From an uncultured Phycisphaerales bacterium (GTDB lineage Bacteria > Planctomycetota > Phycisphaerae > Tepidisphaerales > Tepidisphaeraceae): 64,000 bases of DNA. Below, one piece after another: positions 10,137-18,600 of this stretch. Under the pieces are notes generated by a model that saw only the letters and a program-made list of their open reading frames with translations, was not told where the DNA came from and searched no databases. Made by a program: the position numbers and the translations under genes. The stretch covers positions 1,376,001 to 1,440,000 of the forward strand of contig CAVWLP010000002.1 in the NCBI GenBank assembly GCA_963755915.1, given 5' to 3'. Each line of letters begins with the position of its first letter. Position 1 is the first letter of the stretch.

Positions 10137-11276
10137 ATGAAACACAATTCTTCTAAAGGTAGCCGCAAGGCCTCCCAAGTTCGAGGGGAGAGAGTCTCGA
10201 AGCCCAATCAGTCGCACGAGGTGATCAAACTCGGCGTGGATACCCACAGCCAGCAATATACCTTCGCACGGATGGTCGATCATCAGGGGATTCAACCGGC
10301 CCAAAAACTCTCGCCGGCCGTCTTCATCGAGTTTCTCAAAAAGCAGCTGACGCTGGCCAAACGCGTGGTGATGGTCTACGAAGCCGGTCCCTACGGCTTC
10401 GCGTTGCACCGCGAAGCCACCGCCCTGGGCGTAGAGTGCCTGGTCTGTGCCCCCGAACGTCTGTCCCGCGGCCGCAAGAGAGTCAACGACAAGATCGACG
10501 CCACCGAACTGCTCTCGCGTCTGGACCGGCATCTCGCCGGCAACACGACGGCGCTGCGTCTGGTGCGTGTCCCCACGGTGGCCCAGGAGATCCACCGCCG
10601 CCTGGGGCGCGAGCGCAACACCTACCGAAAGGAACGGCAGCGCTGGATCGCCCGTGGACGAAGCCTGCTGCACAGCCTCGGCATCCATCGCCCGGGAAAA
10701 TGGTGGGAGCCGCTGGCGTGTGAGCCGCTGCTGAAAAAGCTGGAAGAACTCTACGGCTCAGAACTGATCGAACCGATCCGCAAGGAGCTTGCCCGCGACC
10801 TGGAGATGGTAGAGATGATGGACCAGAAGCGAGATGAACTGACCCGCCAGCTCTGCGCGGAGGCCAAGTCCCGCGAATCGGCCCGGATCAAGGGAATCGG
10901 ACACCTCAGCTATGAGCTGCTGGATCGTGAGATCGTCGACTGGAATCGCTTCCAGAACCGCCGGCAGATCGCCAGCTACACCGGGCTTTGCCCTGGAGAA
11001 TCCTCCTCAGGCCAGAGCCGGATGAATCTGTCGATCGACAAACATGGCAACCGCCGACTGCGCACGGTGCTGGTGGAACTGGCGTGGCTGCTGCCCAAGT
11101 TCCAGCCGGAGTATTTTCGTCTGAAGCGCTGGAAGCAGGTCTTCGAGAACCCCGGAGCCAGAGCCATGCGCAAGAAAGCCGCGGTGGCCTTGGCGCGGCA
11201 ACTGGCGGTGGACCTGTGGCGGATCAAAACCGGCCGGGTCAAAGCGCAGGATCTGGGCTTGAAACTGGCAGCGTAA
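10137..11276 (+). CDS. IS110-family DEDD recombinase/transposase
   Basis: LGVD, VYEAGPYGF, NDKIDA (D-E-D-D); YTGLCPGESSSG serine loop; GNRRLR; VALARQL. Confidence 0.95.
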   Translation: MKHNSSKGSRKASQVRGERVSKPNQSHEVIKLGVDTHSQQYTFARMVDHQGIQPAQKLSPAVFIEFLKKQLTLAKRVVMVYEAGPYGFALHREATALGVECLVCAPERLSRGRKRVNDKIDATELLSRLDRHLAGNTTALRLVRVPTVAQEIHRRLGRERNTYRKERQRWIARGRSLLHSLGIHRPGKWWEPLACEPLLKKLEELYGSELIEPIRKELARDLEMVEMMDQKRDELTRQLCAEAKSRESARIKGIGHLSYELLDREIVDWNRFQNRRQIASYTGLCPGESSSGQSRMNLSIDKHGNRRLRTVLVELAWLLPKFQPEYFRLKRWKQVFENPGARAMRKKAAVALARQLAVDLWRIKTGRVKAQDLGLKLAA

Positions 11277-11339
11277 AAAGCCGGCCAAGGTTGTCCCCGA
11301 ACTTCTGGAGCCTGGATGGACGACGGATAAAGAGCTTGG

Positions 11340-11600
11340 AATAAAAGTGAAAGAGACGAGCCACGGTGTAACGCGCCCGTTTTCCCCTATGAGCGCCCTT
11401 GAGCGTTCGGCGGTTAGATTGGGTCAGCGTGAACCGCCTGCAACGGACGTATTAGACCATGGTGTACTGGCAAACCGCCAGGTACGGATAGCAGGAAGAG
11501 CGTTGCCGCAATGATGGCAACAGCCCATGCAGAGCGGACACTGACAGGCCGAGCAACAGCTTAAAAAGACAAAAGAATAAAGGCGGCGAATGCGGCCCAC
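11340..11600 (+). ncRNA. predicted bridge/seek RNA of the IS110 element (boundaries approximate)
   Basis: Two internal-loop hairpins whose loop strands match the target flanks (11380-11388, 11411-11418) and the IS ends (11457-11461, 11488-11493). Confidence 0.75.
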
Positions 11601-11992
11601 ACTTGACAACCAACATAGCAGGGGAAAAGGAGAGGGAGTGGGGGTGCGGGGGCGGAGCCGCGGACGGCTCCGGGCCGTACTCGGCGATTACGCCCCGGAG
11701 GCCTCCGCGCCTCCGAAGAACCTCTTGGGGCCCTATGTGGCTCTCCCTCGCCCCCGCATTGCATTTGCGTTTTGTATTCAAAAAAAGCAGCCATATGGCT
11801 CACGAAAACAAAAAGTGTCGGGCGGTCAGCCTGGTACTCCGGGGGAACCCTCCCTGTCCTCTTCCGCTAGTTTCGGCACGATGGGTGGGGGGTCGGACCA
11901 CAAATGAGCGCCACAACCGCTCAACCAGTTCGCCAACATTTTTCGTGCAGCGCCCCGTTCGTGTGTTAAATTTATTGATCACGGAGAAACCA

Positions 11993-12238
11993 ATGACGAT
12001 TTCCCTCAGCGCAGAAACTCAAAAACTTCTCGCAGAAAAGCTCCAAAGCGGCGAGTTCAGTTCCGCTGACGAGGTCGTCCACGCCGCATTAGAAGCGCTG
12101 AACACTCTTCAATCACATTCCCTGGATCCGGCCACACTGGACGCAATTCATCGGGCCGAAGCTCAAATCGAGCACACCCGCGTCCACAATTGGAAGAACG
12201 TGCGCGAACAGGTACACGACCGATTCCTCGGCAAGTGA
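11993..12238 (+). CDS. ParD-like ribbon-helix-helix antitoxin (no toxin gene downstream)
   Basis: MTISLSAETQKLLAEKLQSGEFSSADEVVHAAL matches the ParD1/3/4-type pattern. Confidence 0.7.
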   Translation: MTISLSAETQKLLAEKLQSGEFSSADEVVHAALEALNTLQSHSLDPATLDAIHRAEAQIEHTRVHNWKNVREQVHDRFLGK

Positions 12239-12309
12239 CAAGCTCACTCTCGCCCACACACACTCTGACCATCCGCCGTGGCGTCCGGCGACCGCCTCGT
12301 CAGATTGAT

Positions 12310-12496
12310 TAGAGCATTTTCACTTCAGATGTAGCGTCTGCGTTGATTTGGCCGGGGCTGGCCGCAAGGAAGAGCGACGAAGCGGGTTCGCATGGACCCG
12401 TTGAGGAGCGATGACGCCGCGGACGGCCCCGGCCAAATCAACCCGAAGGGTCGCCGAAGGCGACGCAGACGCTACACCTGAAGTGAAACTGCTCTA
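12310..12496. mobile_element. 187-bp palindromic MITE with TA ends
   Basis: TAGAGCATTTTCACTTCAGATGTAGCGTCTGCGT ... ACGCAGACGCTACACCTGAAGTGAAACTGCTCTA; inner IR TTGATTTGGCCGGGGC/GCCCCGGCCAAATCAA. Confidence 0.85.
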
Positions 12497-12573
12497 AGTC
12501 TTCCCCTTGCCGCGTTCCCGCTCAGGAGCCCCAAGAATTCAAAAGCGGAAAAAGTCAAATCCTTTAAATCTCG

Positions 12574-12593
12574 GGTAGTGGGTCAGTTTGAAA
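12574..12593 (-). repeat. IS1-like terminal repeat, copy 1
   Basis: GGTAGTGGGTCAGTTTGAAA; 19 bp identical at 13282-13300. Confidence 0.75.
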
Positions 12594-12634
12594 AATAATG
12601 GTTGGAAATGAGTTTTCTGGTTATTCTCACTTAA

Positions 12635-12949
12635 ATGCCCAATGGTCACGACAAGAACTGGGTCCGCCTCGTCGGTGTCATTGATGGTTTTCGAGCAAGA
12701 TGCGATGCTTGGCCCACTCGCGTCAGAATGTTTCCTGCCGCCTTACGAGACATTCAGGATCATTTGTTTTCACCAGAATTGTTCGCGAAATTAACTCAAA
12801 AACTTCAACTTGTCGCGGATGAAGCTCCATTCATTGCCGAAGACGATCACGGCAACAGTTACTCGTATGGAAAAGATGGATTTCCAGTCAATCGGCCTAA
12901 TCCAGGTGCTCGGGAATGGCTTGGAATAGAGCCGGATAGGGGCGGATAA
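12635..12949 (+). CDS. hypothetical protein (passenger inside the IS1-like end)
   Basis: 104-aa ORF, lower GC, lying between the transposase stop and the terminal repeat. Confidence 0.6.
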   Translation: MPNGHDKNWVRLVGVIDGFRARCDAWPTRVRMFPAALRDIQDHLFSPELFAKLTQKLQLVADEAPFIAEDDHGNSYSYGKDGFPVNRPNPGAREWLGIEPDRGG

Positions 12950-12978
12950 CCGATACCCGTATCGTGTCGGTTTTTATC

Positions 12979-13281
12979 TCAGTCGATCAAAGCTACCAAT
13001 TCCTCAAGCTCCCAAACATGATCGGCCAGCCCGGCTTGCATGGCTGGAGTCACGCGAAGCGTCTGGTGAATCCGGCAATAGTTGTAGTGCATGAAGTGCA
13101 AGGCAACTTGCGCCGCGTGGTTCTCAACCTTTTTGCTGAACGCGTTTGTGAGTCGCGTGAATCGACGCATCGACATCCGCATCGTGAGATTCTGCCGTTC
13201 AACGTAGGACGTTGAAATGTGGCTGGCATCGGGCGTTCCGCAGACTTCCTCTTGCCGAATGTCAACCACTTCCGGCGGCGA
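12979..13281 (-). pseudogene. IS1-family transposase C-terminal remnant
   Basis: HISTSYVERQNLTMRMSMRRFTRLTNAFSKKVENH...HYNYCRIHQTLRVTPAMQAGLADHVW; 5' part missing. Confidence 0.85.
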
Positions 13282-13300
13282 GTAGTGGGTCAGTTTGAAA
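13282..13300 (-). repeat. IS1-like terminal repeat, copy 2
   Basis: GTAGTGGGTCAGTTTGAAA directly abutting the stop of the 13301 ORF. Confidence 0.75.
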
Positions 13301-13855
13301 TTAAATAGTACTTTCGACCAGCTTTCCGCATTCCGGGCAACGATCAGGCGTGGCGCGGAGGTCATAGCCGCAGACCTCGCAGAGGCCTCTTGCACTTCGG
13401 CGGCGGTTGCGGCGCCGATTCATTTCCTGAATCAGAATTAGCATCGGGCAAAAGGCCATTAACGCCCAATGGGGGATTCGTGCCTCTAAACATGGGATAT
13501 ACGCTCCTGATCCAAGCTCGTTGATTCCGAACTCAAATCCGCACTTGCTGAAATAGGCGCCGTAAAATACGTCGCCTAACCACTCACCGTGGGGAAGGGG
13601 AAACGATTTGAACTCGATTTCCAAAGGAAGGCTGTGGATAAAGTTGGCGTGAGTCACGTAAATATATCGCGCCCATATTTGGCCATCGCGCGACCCGATC
13701 TCGAATGCGCCCCTATATTGGCCAATTGCACTCAATTGGACAGCTATCCATTCATCGTGGTGAATGCTCCGTATCTACAGTAGCAGCGTACCCACGAACA
13801 TCAGCACCATCGAAGCGGCGATTACTCTCGACAGCCATCGGCGGAAGCGTTTCAT
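13301..13855 (-). pseudogene. membrane protein with C-terminal zinc ribbon; in-frame TAG at 13775-13777
   Basis: MKRFRRWLSRVIAASMVLMFVGTLLL*IRS ... GLCEVCGYDLRATPDRCPECG. Confidence 0.7.
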
Positions 13856-13876
13856 CGGTTGCAATTCTACCGCGAT

Positions 13877-13955
13877 TCAGTCAATCAACTTCACCAATTC
13901 CTCAAGCTCCCAAACATGGTCCGACAGCCCCGCCAGCATTGCCGGTGATAGCTTC
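13877..13955 (-). pseudogene. second IS1-family transposase extreme C-terminal fragment
   Basis: LSPAMLAGLSDHVWELEELVKLID*, paralogous to 12979-13050. Confidence 0.7.
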
Positions 13956-14000
13956 GATGAACAAAAATCCCTCTCATCCGAAAAATCCAAAACTCTTTTC

Positions 14001-14139
14001 TTTCTTGGCGCTCTTCGCGTCTTGAGCGAAGCGGGCGGTTAAAACGGAGCCGCGGACGGCGACGGGCGGTACACCGCGAAAGGTAGGCCGGAGGCCGGTC
14101 AATTTTATTAACCGCCAAGCCACCAAGAGCGCCAAGAAA
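14001..14139. repeat. inverted pair of AACCGCCAAG..CCAAGAGCGCCAAG REP-like repeats enclosing a GTAC-loop motif copy
   Basis: ttcttggcgctctt...ggcggttaa versus ttaaccgccaag...aagagcgccaagaa. Confidence 0.6.
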
Positions 14140-14253
14140 GGCAAATCAATATCAAATCTCCGCGGTGAAATGATTTGTTTAATGGTAAACAGAACGATTG
14201 TTACCGATCACTATCAAAATCCGCGAAAAATGTAAAAAAACGTAACAAAACGT

Positions 14254-15743
14254 TAATCCCGTTCGGCACGGGGTTCGCGCAAGCAGCAAGATATTGAGAT
14301 TGCGCCTTTGATCTTTTTATGGCATGCTGCCGGACGTGCAGGCAAGACTGAAGGAAAAAGAGATCCTGTGCCTCGGACATCTGCGGCGCGTCTTCGCGCT
14401 GCTGCCCACGCTGCGGGATGTGGGCTGTGAGCGGGATCGAGCCGGGAACCGCCAGCTTCACTTCGACGATTATTGCAAGCTGGTTTTGCTTTACACCTGG
14501 AATCCGCTGATCCAATCCCTGCGGGATCTTCAGGAGGTTGCTGAACTGCCCAAGGTGGCCAAGGCGCTGGGAATTAAGCGTTTTTCCGTGGGCAGTTTCT
14601 CTGAATCGGTTCGGGTGTTCGAGCCGGGGCGTTTGACGCCGCTGATTGAGGAATTGGCGGGGGAACTGCCCCAGGCGCCCGATCCGCGTCTTGCGGACTT
14701 TGGGCAGGCGATCACGCTGGTCGACGGGACGGTGCTGACGGCGCTGAGTCGGCTGGCCAAATCCGCTTGCGGCATCGATGCGCGCTACAACACCTCCCGG
14801 GACGGGAAAGCGGTCTATGGCTGGCGTTTGCACGTTCAATTCGATCTGGAGACGTTCAAAGTCCATCGCCTCGACCGCACTGGCGCTCGCAACGCGGGGG
14901 CCAACCGTGAAAACAACGTCCTGCGGCGCAGCCTGGAAGCAGGACGGTGCTATGTAGGAGACGGCGGCTACGCCGACCGGAGCCTCTTTGCGGACATCGC
15001 CGCGGCGCAAAGCTCCTTTGTGATGCGGGCCGCGGAAAACTCGGTGTTTGAGCTGTTTGAAGAACGATTGCTTTCACAGGAAGCATTGGACGGCGGCGTG
15101 GTGCGAGACGCGCTGGTGAAACTCGACGGCCTGGAGACGGCGGCGGATAGGGTGGTGCGACGGGTGGAAGTGCAGGTGAAACCCCATCCGCGCCGCACGC
15201 GCAGCGGCAACAAGCCGACGGACCTGATCATCCTGTACACGAACCTGCTGGACCTGCCGGCGGAATTGATCGCCCTGATTTATCTGTACCGCTACACCGT
15301 TGAGTTGTTCTTCCGGATCTTCAAGCAACTGCTGGGCATGCGTCACCTGCTGAGCCAACGCCAGGAGGGGATCGACATCCAAATCCACTGCGCGCTGATC
15401 GTCTGCGTGCTGATTCAGCTGATCAGCGGCAGGAAGCCGAACAAGGCGATGCGGAACATGATCGGCTGGTATCTGCTGGGGCTGGCCGAGGAACAGGACG
15501 TGCTTCGATTCCTGAACAAGCCGGATAACACCGGGATTAAGCTGAGGGCAAGAGCGGAGGCCTTGAAAAAACTGGGAGTAAACTGAAGGGGAATCCGTCG
15601 CCGCGGAGACCTCGCGGTTGATGCTGCGCTCTTGCGGACGCCGGCGTGCAGCAGGGGAAAGTAAAAGTATCTAAGCTTCAATTGTTTCGCGTCCTCCACA
15701 GCTTTGGAATGCTCCGATGAAGCCTGCGTGCCGAACGGGATTA
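14254..15743 (+). mobile_element. IS4-family insertion sequence, 1490 bp
   Basis: Perfect 17-bp TIR TAATCCCGTTCGGCACG; 9-bp TSD ACAAAACGT at 14245-14253 and 15744-15752. Confidence 0.92.
14324..15586 (+). CDS. IS4-family DDE transposase
   Basis: VDGT, GDGGY, YLYRYTVELFFRIFKQ (Y-2-R-3-E-6-K). Confidence 0.92.
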   Translation: MLPDVQARLKEKEILCLGHLRRVFALLPTLRDVGCERDRAGNRQLHFDDYCKLVLLYTWNPLIQSLRDLQEVAELPKVAKALGIKRFSVGSFSESVRVFEPGRLTPLIEELAGELPQAPDPRLADFGQAITLVDGTVLTALSRLAKSACGIDARYNTSRDGKAVYGWRLHVQFDLETFKVHRLDRTGARNAGANRENNVLRRSLEAGRCYVGDGGYADRSLFADIAAAQSSFVMRAAENSVFELFEERLLSQEALDGGVVRDALVKLDGLETAADRVVRRVEVQVKPHPRRTRSGNKPTDLIILYTNLLDLPAELIALIYLYRYTVELFFRIFKQLLGMRHLLSQRQEGIDIQIHCALIVCVLIQLISGRKPNKAMRNMIGWYLLGLAEEQDVLRFLNKPDNTGIKLRARAEALKKLGVN

Positions 15744-15812
15744 ACAAAACGTAAAATCCCCCTCCCCTAACCCCAAACTTGCCATCACTCCGCCAATCCC
15801 GAAAATGCCTCG

Positions 15813-16712
15813 GTGACAGCATTTACAAGACTCACCTGGAGGATCATGGCAATATCAACGACGATCCTGGCGGGATGCACCTGCAGCGGCAACAAGCCCG
15901 CGGAATTGCCCGAATCAACGCCCCTCTGGAACGGCACACCCCCAGGCCCCCAGGGTTTGGGCGGCCCGGAAAAGACCAGCCTTCGCACCGATCAGGGAGT
16001 TACCTTTGAGATCCTCGAAAATGTAAACGATCCATCGATCACGCCCTTCTTGCCAGCGAAGGACAAGGCAACCGGCGTAGCCGTCATCGTCGCCCCCGGC
16101 GGCGGACATCAGTTCCTCGCCATCGAGCACGAAGGATGGAACGTCGGCCGAGTCCTGGCCGACAGTGGCATCGCCGCCTTCGTCCTGAAATACCGCCTCT
16201 CCAAAGAGAAGAATTCCCCCTACAAAATGGACGATGAGCTGATGGACCTCCAGCGGGCCATCCGCCTCGTGCGTTCCCGATCCGGCGATTGGGGCGTCGA
16301 TCCCAACAAGGTCGGTGTCATGGGATTCTCGGCCGGCGGCCAACTGGCTCTCATGGCTTCGACGCAATATGCCCAGCCCGTGAAAGGTTCGGATGACCCG
16401 GTCGATCAGATCAATTGTCGCCCGGATTTCCAGGCCCTGATTTATCCTGGAGGGTTAAATGAGCCGGATAAAATCGTCGTCGACAAGAACACCCCGCCCG
16501 CGTTTCTCGCTTGCTCCTATAACGATCGAATCACCATCTCCGAGAACCTCGCCAAGCTTTATCTCAAACTGAAAGAGGCCGGCGTCCCCGCCGAACTGCA
16601 CATTTTCGAAAGCGGCGGCCACGGCTGGGGAATCCGCCCGACAACCCGCCCGGACGGAGCATGGCCCGATTTGTTTGTGGCATGGGTTAGAGATCGCGGA
16701 CTCATCAAATAG
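15813..16712 (+). CDS. alpha/beta hydrolase (acetyl esterase-like) lipoprotein
   Basis: LAGC lipobox, APGGG, GFSAGG nucleophile elbow, GGHGWG. Confidence 0.88.
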   Translation: MTAFTRLTWRIMAISTTILAGCTCSGNKPAELPESTPLWNGTPPGPQGLGGPEKTSLRTDQGVTFEILENVNDPSITPFLPAKDKATGVAVIVAPGGGHQFLAIEHEGWNVGRVLADSGIAAFVLKYRLSKEKNSPYKMDDELMDLQRAIRLVRSRSGDWGVDPNKVGVMGFSAGGQLALMASTQYAQPVKGSDDPVDQINCRPDFQALIYPGGLNEPDKIVVDKNTPPAFLACSYNDRITISENLAKLYLKLKEAGVPAELHIFESGGHGWGIRPTTRPDGAWPDLFVAWVRDRGLIK

Positions 16713-16722
16713 TTACCCGCAG

Positions 16723-16821
16723 CCGGAGGCGAGGAGCGGTACTCCGCATAGGCGGGATGCCGTTGACCCGGAGGCGAGGAGCGGTAATCCGCATAGGCGG
16801 GATGCCGTTGAGCCGGAGGCG
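16723..16821. repeat. 45-bp tandem repeat (~2.2 copies)
   Basis: ccggaggcgaggagcggta(c/a)tccgcataggcgggatgccgttga at 16723 and 16768, partial at 16813. Confidence 0.85.
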
Positions 16822-16894
16822 GATATAGCTGACTCGCAACTCGCAACTTCTGCCATTACAATCGCACACTTGTTTCGCCTGAGGTGACACTCGT

Positions 16895-18041
16895 ATGTTC
16901 CGATGGTGGTGGCTGGGCGGAGTGGTGGCGATTCTGGCTGGGGTATCCGTTTTGCTCGCGCAGAGGGAATCGTCAATACAACCGACGGGCGAACGCTTCG
17001 CGGCGATATCCAGCAGAATCCCGATGGAACAACCAACGTAAGCTTTCGCGGCGGGACCCTCACGCTGGATGCGGGCAACGTCGCTTCGATCGTCTATGCG
17101 GACGATGCACGGGCGGACTTTGACGATCGGCTCAAGAAGCTCGACCCCAACGACATCACCGGCCGCATCGAGCTTGGCCGGATGGAACTGAGCGCCGGGC
17201 AGTACGAACTGGCGACGTCGGCCGCGGAAGAGGCGCAGCGGCTCGATCCCCATAACCCGGACGCGGCGATTTTGCTCGACACGATCCAGGCCGAGCAGAC
17301 GCTGAACGTGCGCATGGCCGTCGAGGCGGCGTATCCGACGCCGGTGGCGACGAAGCCATCGGAAGGACCGTGTCTGACCCAGGCCGACGTCTATGCGATC
17401 CGGCGGGCGGAGCTGACGCCCGATGACAATGTTCGCCTCACTTTTCACAACGACGTCCGCAGCCGATATGCAAGCCTCCAGTCGGATGCGGGGGGATTCG
17501 ATCGCGAAACCGAAACGCAGCAGGCCATAGATATCATCCAGAGCGGTGACCCGAATCTTGCCAAGGACGTACACATCGAATCCGATCCAGCGGTGATTCG
17601 CGAATATCGCGCAGAAATTCAGCCCAAAATTTTGGAAGGGTGCGCCGCGGCCGGTTGCCACAGCGGAGATGCGCAAGGCGGCTTCAGGCTGATGACCGAC
17701 GCGAGCGATACGCTTCCGGCCTATACGAACTATTTTATCTTGCAGATGAGCGGCGAGAAGCTGGAAGGCGGCAGCACCTTTGGCCACGGGCCCGTCTTCC
17801 GGCCGATGATCGACCCGCGCGGGTCGATGAGTCGCTGCTCCTTCAGTTTGGCTTGCCGCAGAATGTCGCGGTCACGCCGCATCCCAATGCGCAGGGTTTC
17901 AGGCCGATGTTCCGCGGGACGGATGATCCGCTCTATCAGTTTGTATTTCGCTGGATTTCCTCGCTACGGGCGATTACGCCGGATTATGGCATTCAATTTA
18001 AGCCGTCGGTGGGCAGCGGCGCGACAACGCAGGGATCATAG
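16895..18041 (+). CDS. exported TPR-containing protein with CX4CH (CAAAGCH) motif; two apparent frameshifts
   Basis: Signal-like MFRWWWLGGVVAILAG at 16895 joins the 16903 frame; TPR-like ELGRMELSAGQYELA...AQRLDPHNPDA; the tail continues in the 17640-18041 frame. Confidence 0.6.
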
Positions 18042-18043
18042 AG

Positions 18044-18164
18044 GAAATTCGAAACTCGAAACTCGAAATTCGAAGTAAATTCGCGTGACTGAAATTCGAA
18101 AGCGTCGTTTCGAACATTCGAATTTCGAATTTGATTCGTCATTCGAGTTTCGGATTTCGAATTT
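18044..18164. repeat. inverted array of 7-mer (AAAyTCG/TTCGAA) repeats
   Basis: gaaattcgaaactcgaaactcgaaattcgaa...ttcgagtttcggatttcgaattt; shorter copy at ~47555. Confidence 0.8.
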
Positions 18165-18240
18165 GGCCCGCGAGCCCGCCGCATAATTGTGGGATCAGAT
18201 TATTTTTGCATTTTTGCTCTAAATCGGCACACTTCCCCAT

Positions 18241-18600
18241 ATGGGCTCGGAATACATCGTTACGCAGATCGACAAGGCGATCGTGGTGGAGTTTCGGATT
18301 CCGTCGCTGATGGAGCCGGCACAACTGGAGAAAATTCAACAGGAACTTTTCAAGCTCGTGGACGAGCAGGACAAGCGGCTGGTGATCCTCGATTTCTCTC
18401 GCGTGGAGTTCATTTCCAGCCAGGCGATCGGCATCGTCATCGGCCTCAATCGCCGCCTCGCGGCCCTGCCCCACAGCAAGCTGCTGCTTTGCGGGGTGAA
18501 CTCGAAATTGACCGAGCTGCTGCGCATCACCCGCCTGGACCGGGTGCTGAAGATCAAGCCGACGCAGAAAGAGGCGATTAATTCGCTGGCGATGCTGTAA
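18241..18600 (+). CDS. STAS-domain anti-sigma factor antagonist
   Basis: ILDFSRVEFISSQAIG...LLRITRLD. Confidence 0.9.
   Translation: MGSEYIVTQIDKAIVVEFRIPSLMEPAQLEKIQQELFKLVDEQDKRLVILDFSRVEFISSQAIGIVIGLNRRLAALPHSKLLLCGVNSKLTELLRITRLDRVLKIKPTQKEAINSLAML

Larger units (their letters stand above)
10089..11620 (+). mobile_element. IS110-family (IS1111-type) insertion sequence, ~1.53 kb
   Basis: 12-bp sub-terminal IRs ATGTTGGTTGTC 10093-10104 / GACAACCAACAT 11605-11616; long 3' non-coding region; no multi-base TSD; TTGACA at 11603. Confidence 0.85.
9873..11829. mobile_element. non-autonomous MITE (~425 bp without its insert) interrupted by IS110
   Basis: 20-bp TIRs CTGACCGCCCGCCACTTTTT 9873-9892 / AAAAAGTGTCGGGCGGTCAG 11810-11829 (1 mismatch); 10-bp TSD CCTGGTACTC at 9863-9872 and 11830-11839. 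Confidence 0.85.

Noticed and set aside
13775-13777. In-frame TAG as stop-codon recoding
   Set aside because: A single TGG-to-TAG-like change in a decayed mobile region; other genes here use TAG as a normal stop
16723-16821. Possible mini-CRISPR
   Set aside because: Contiguous 45-bp tandem units with no unique spacers and no cas genes
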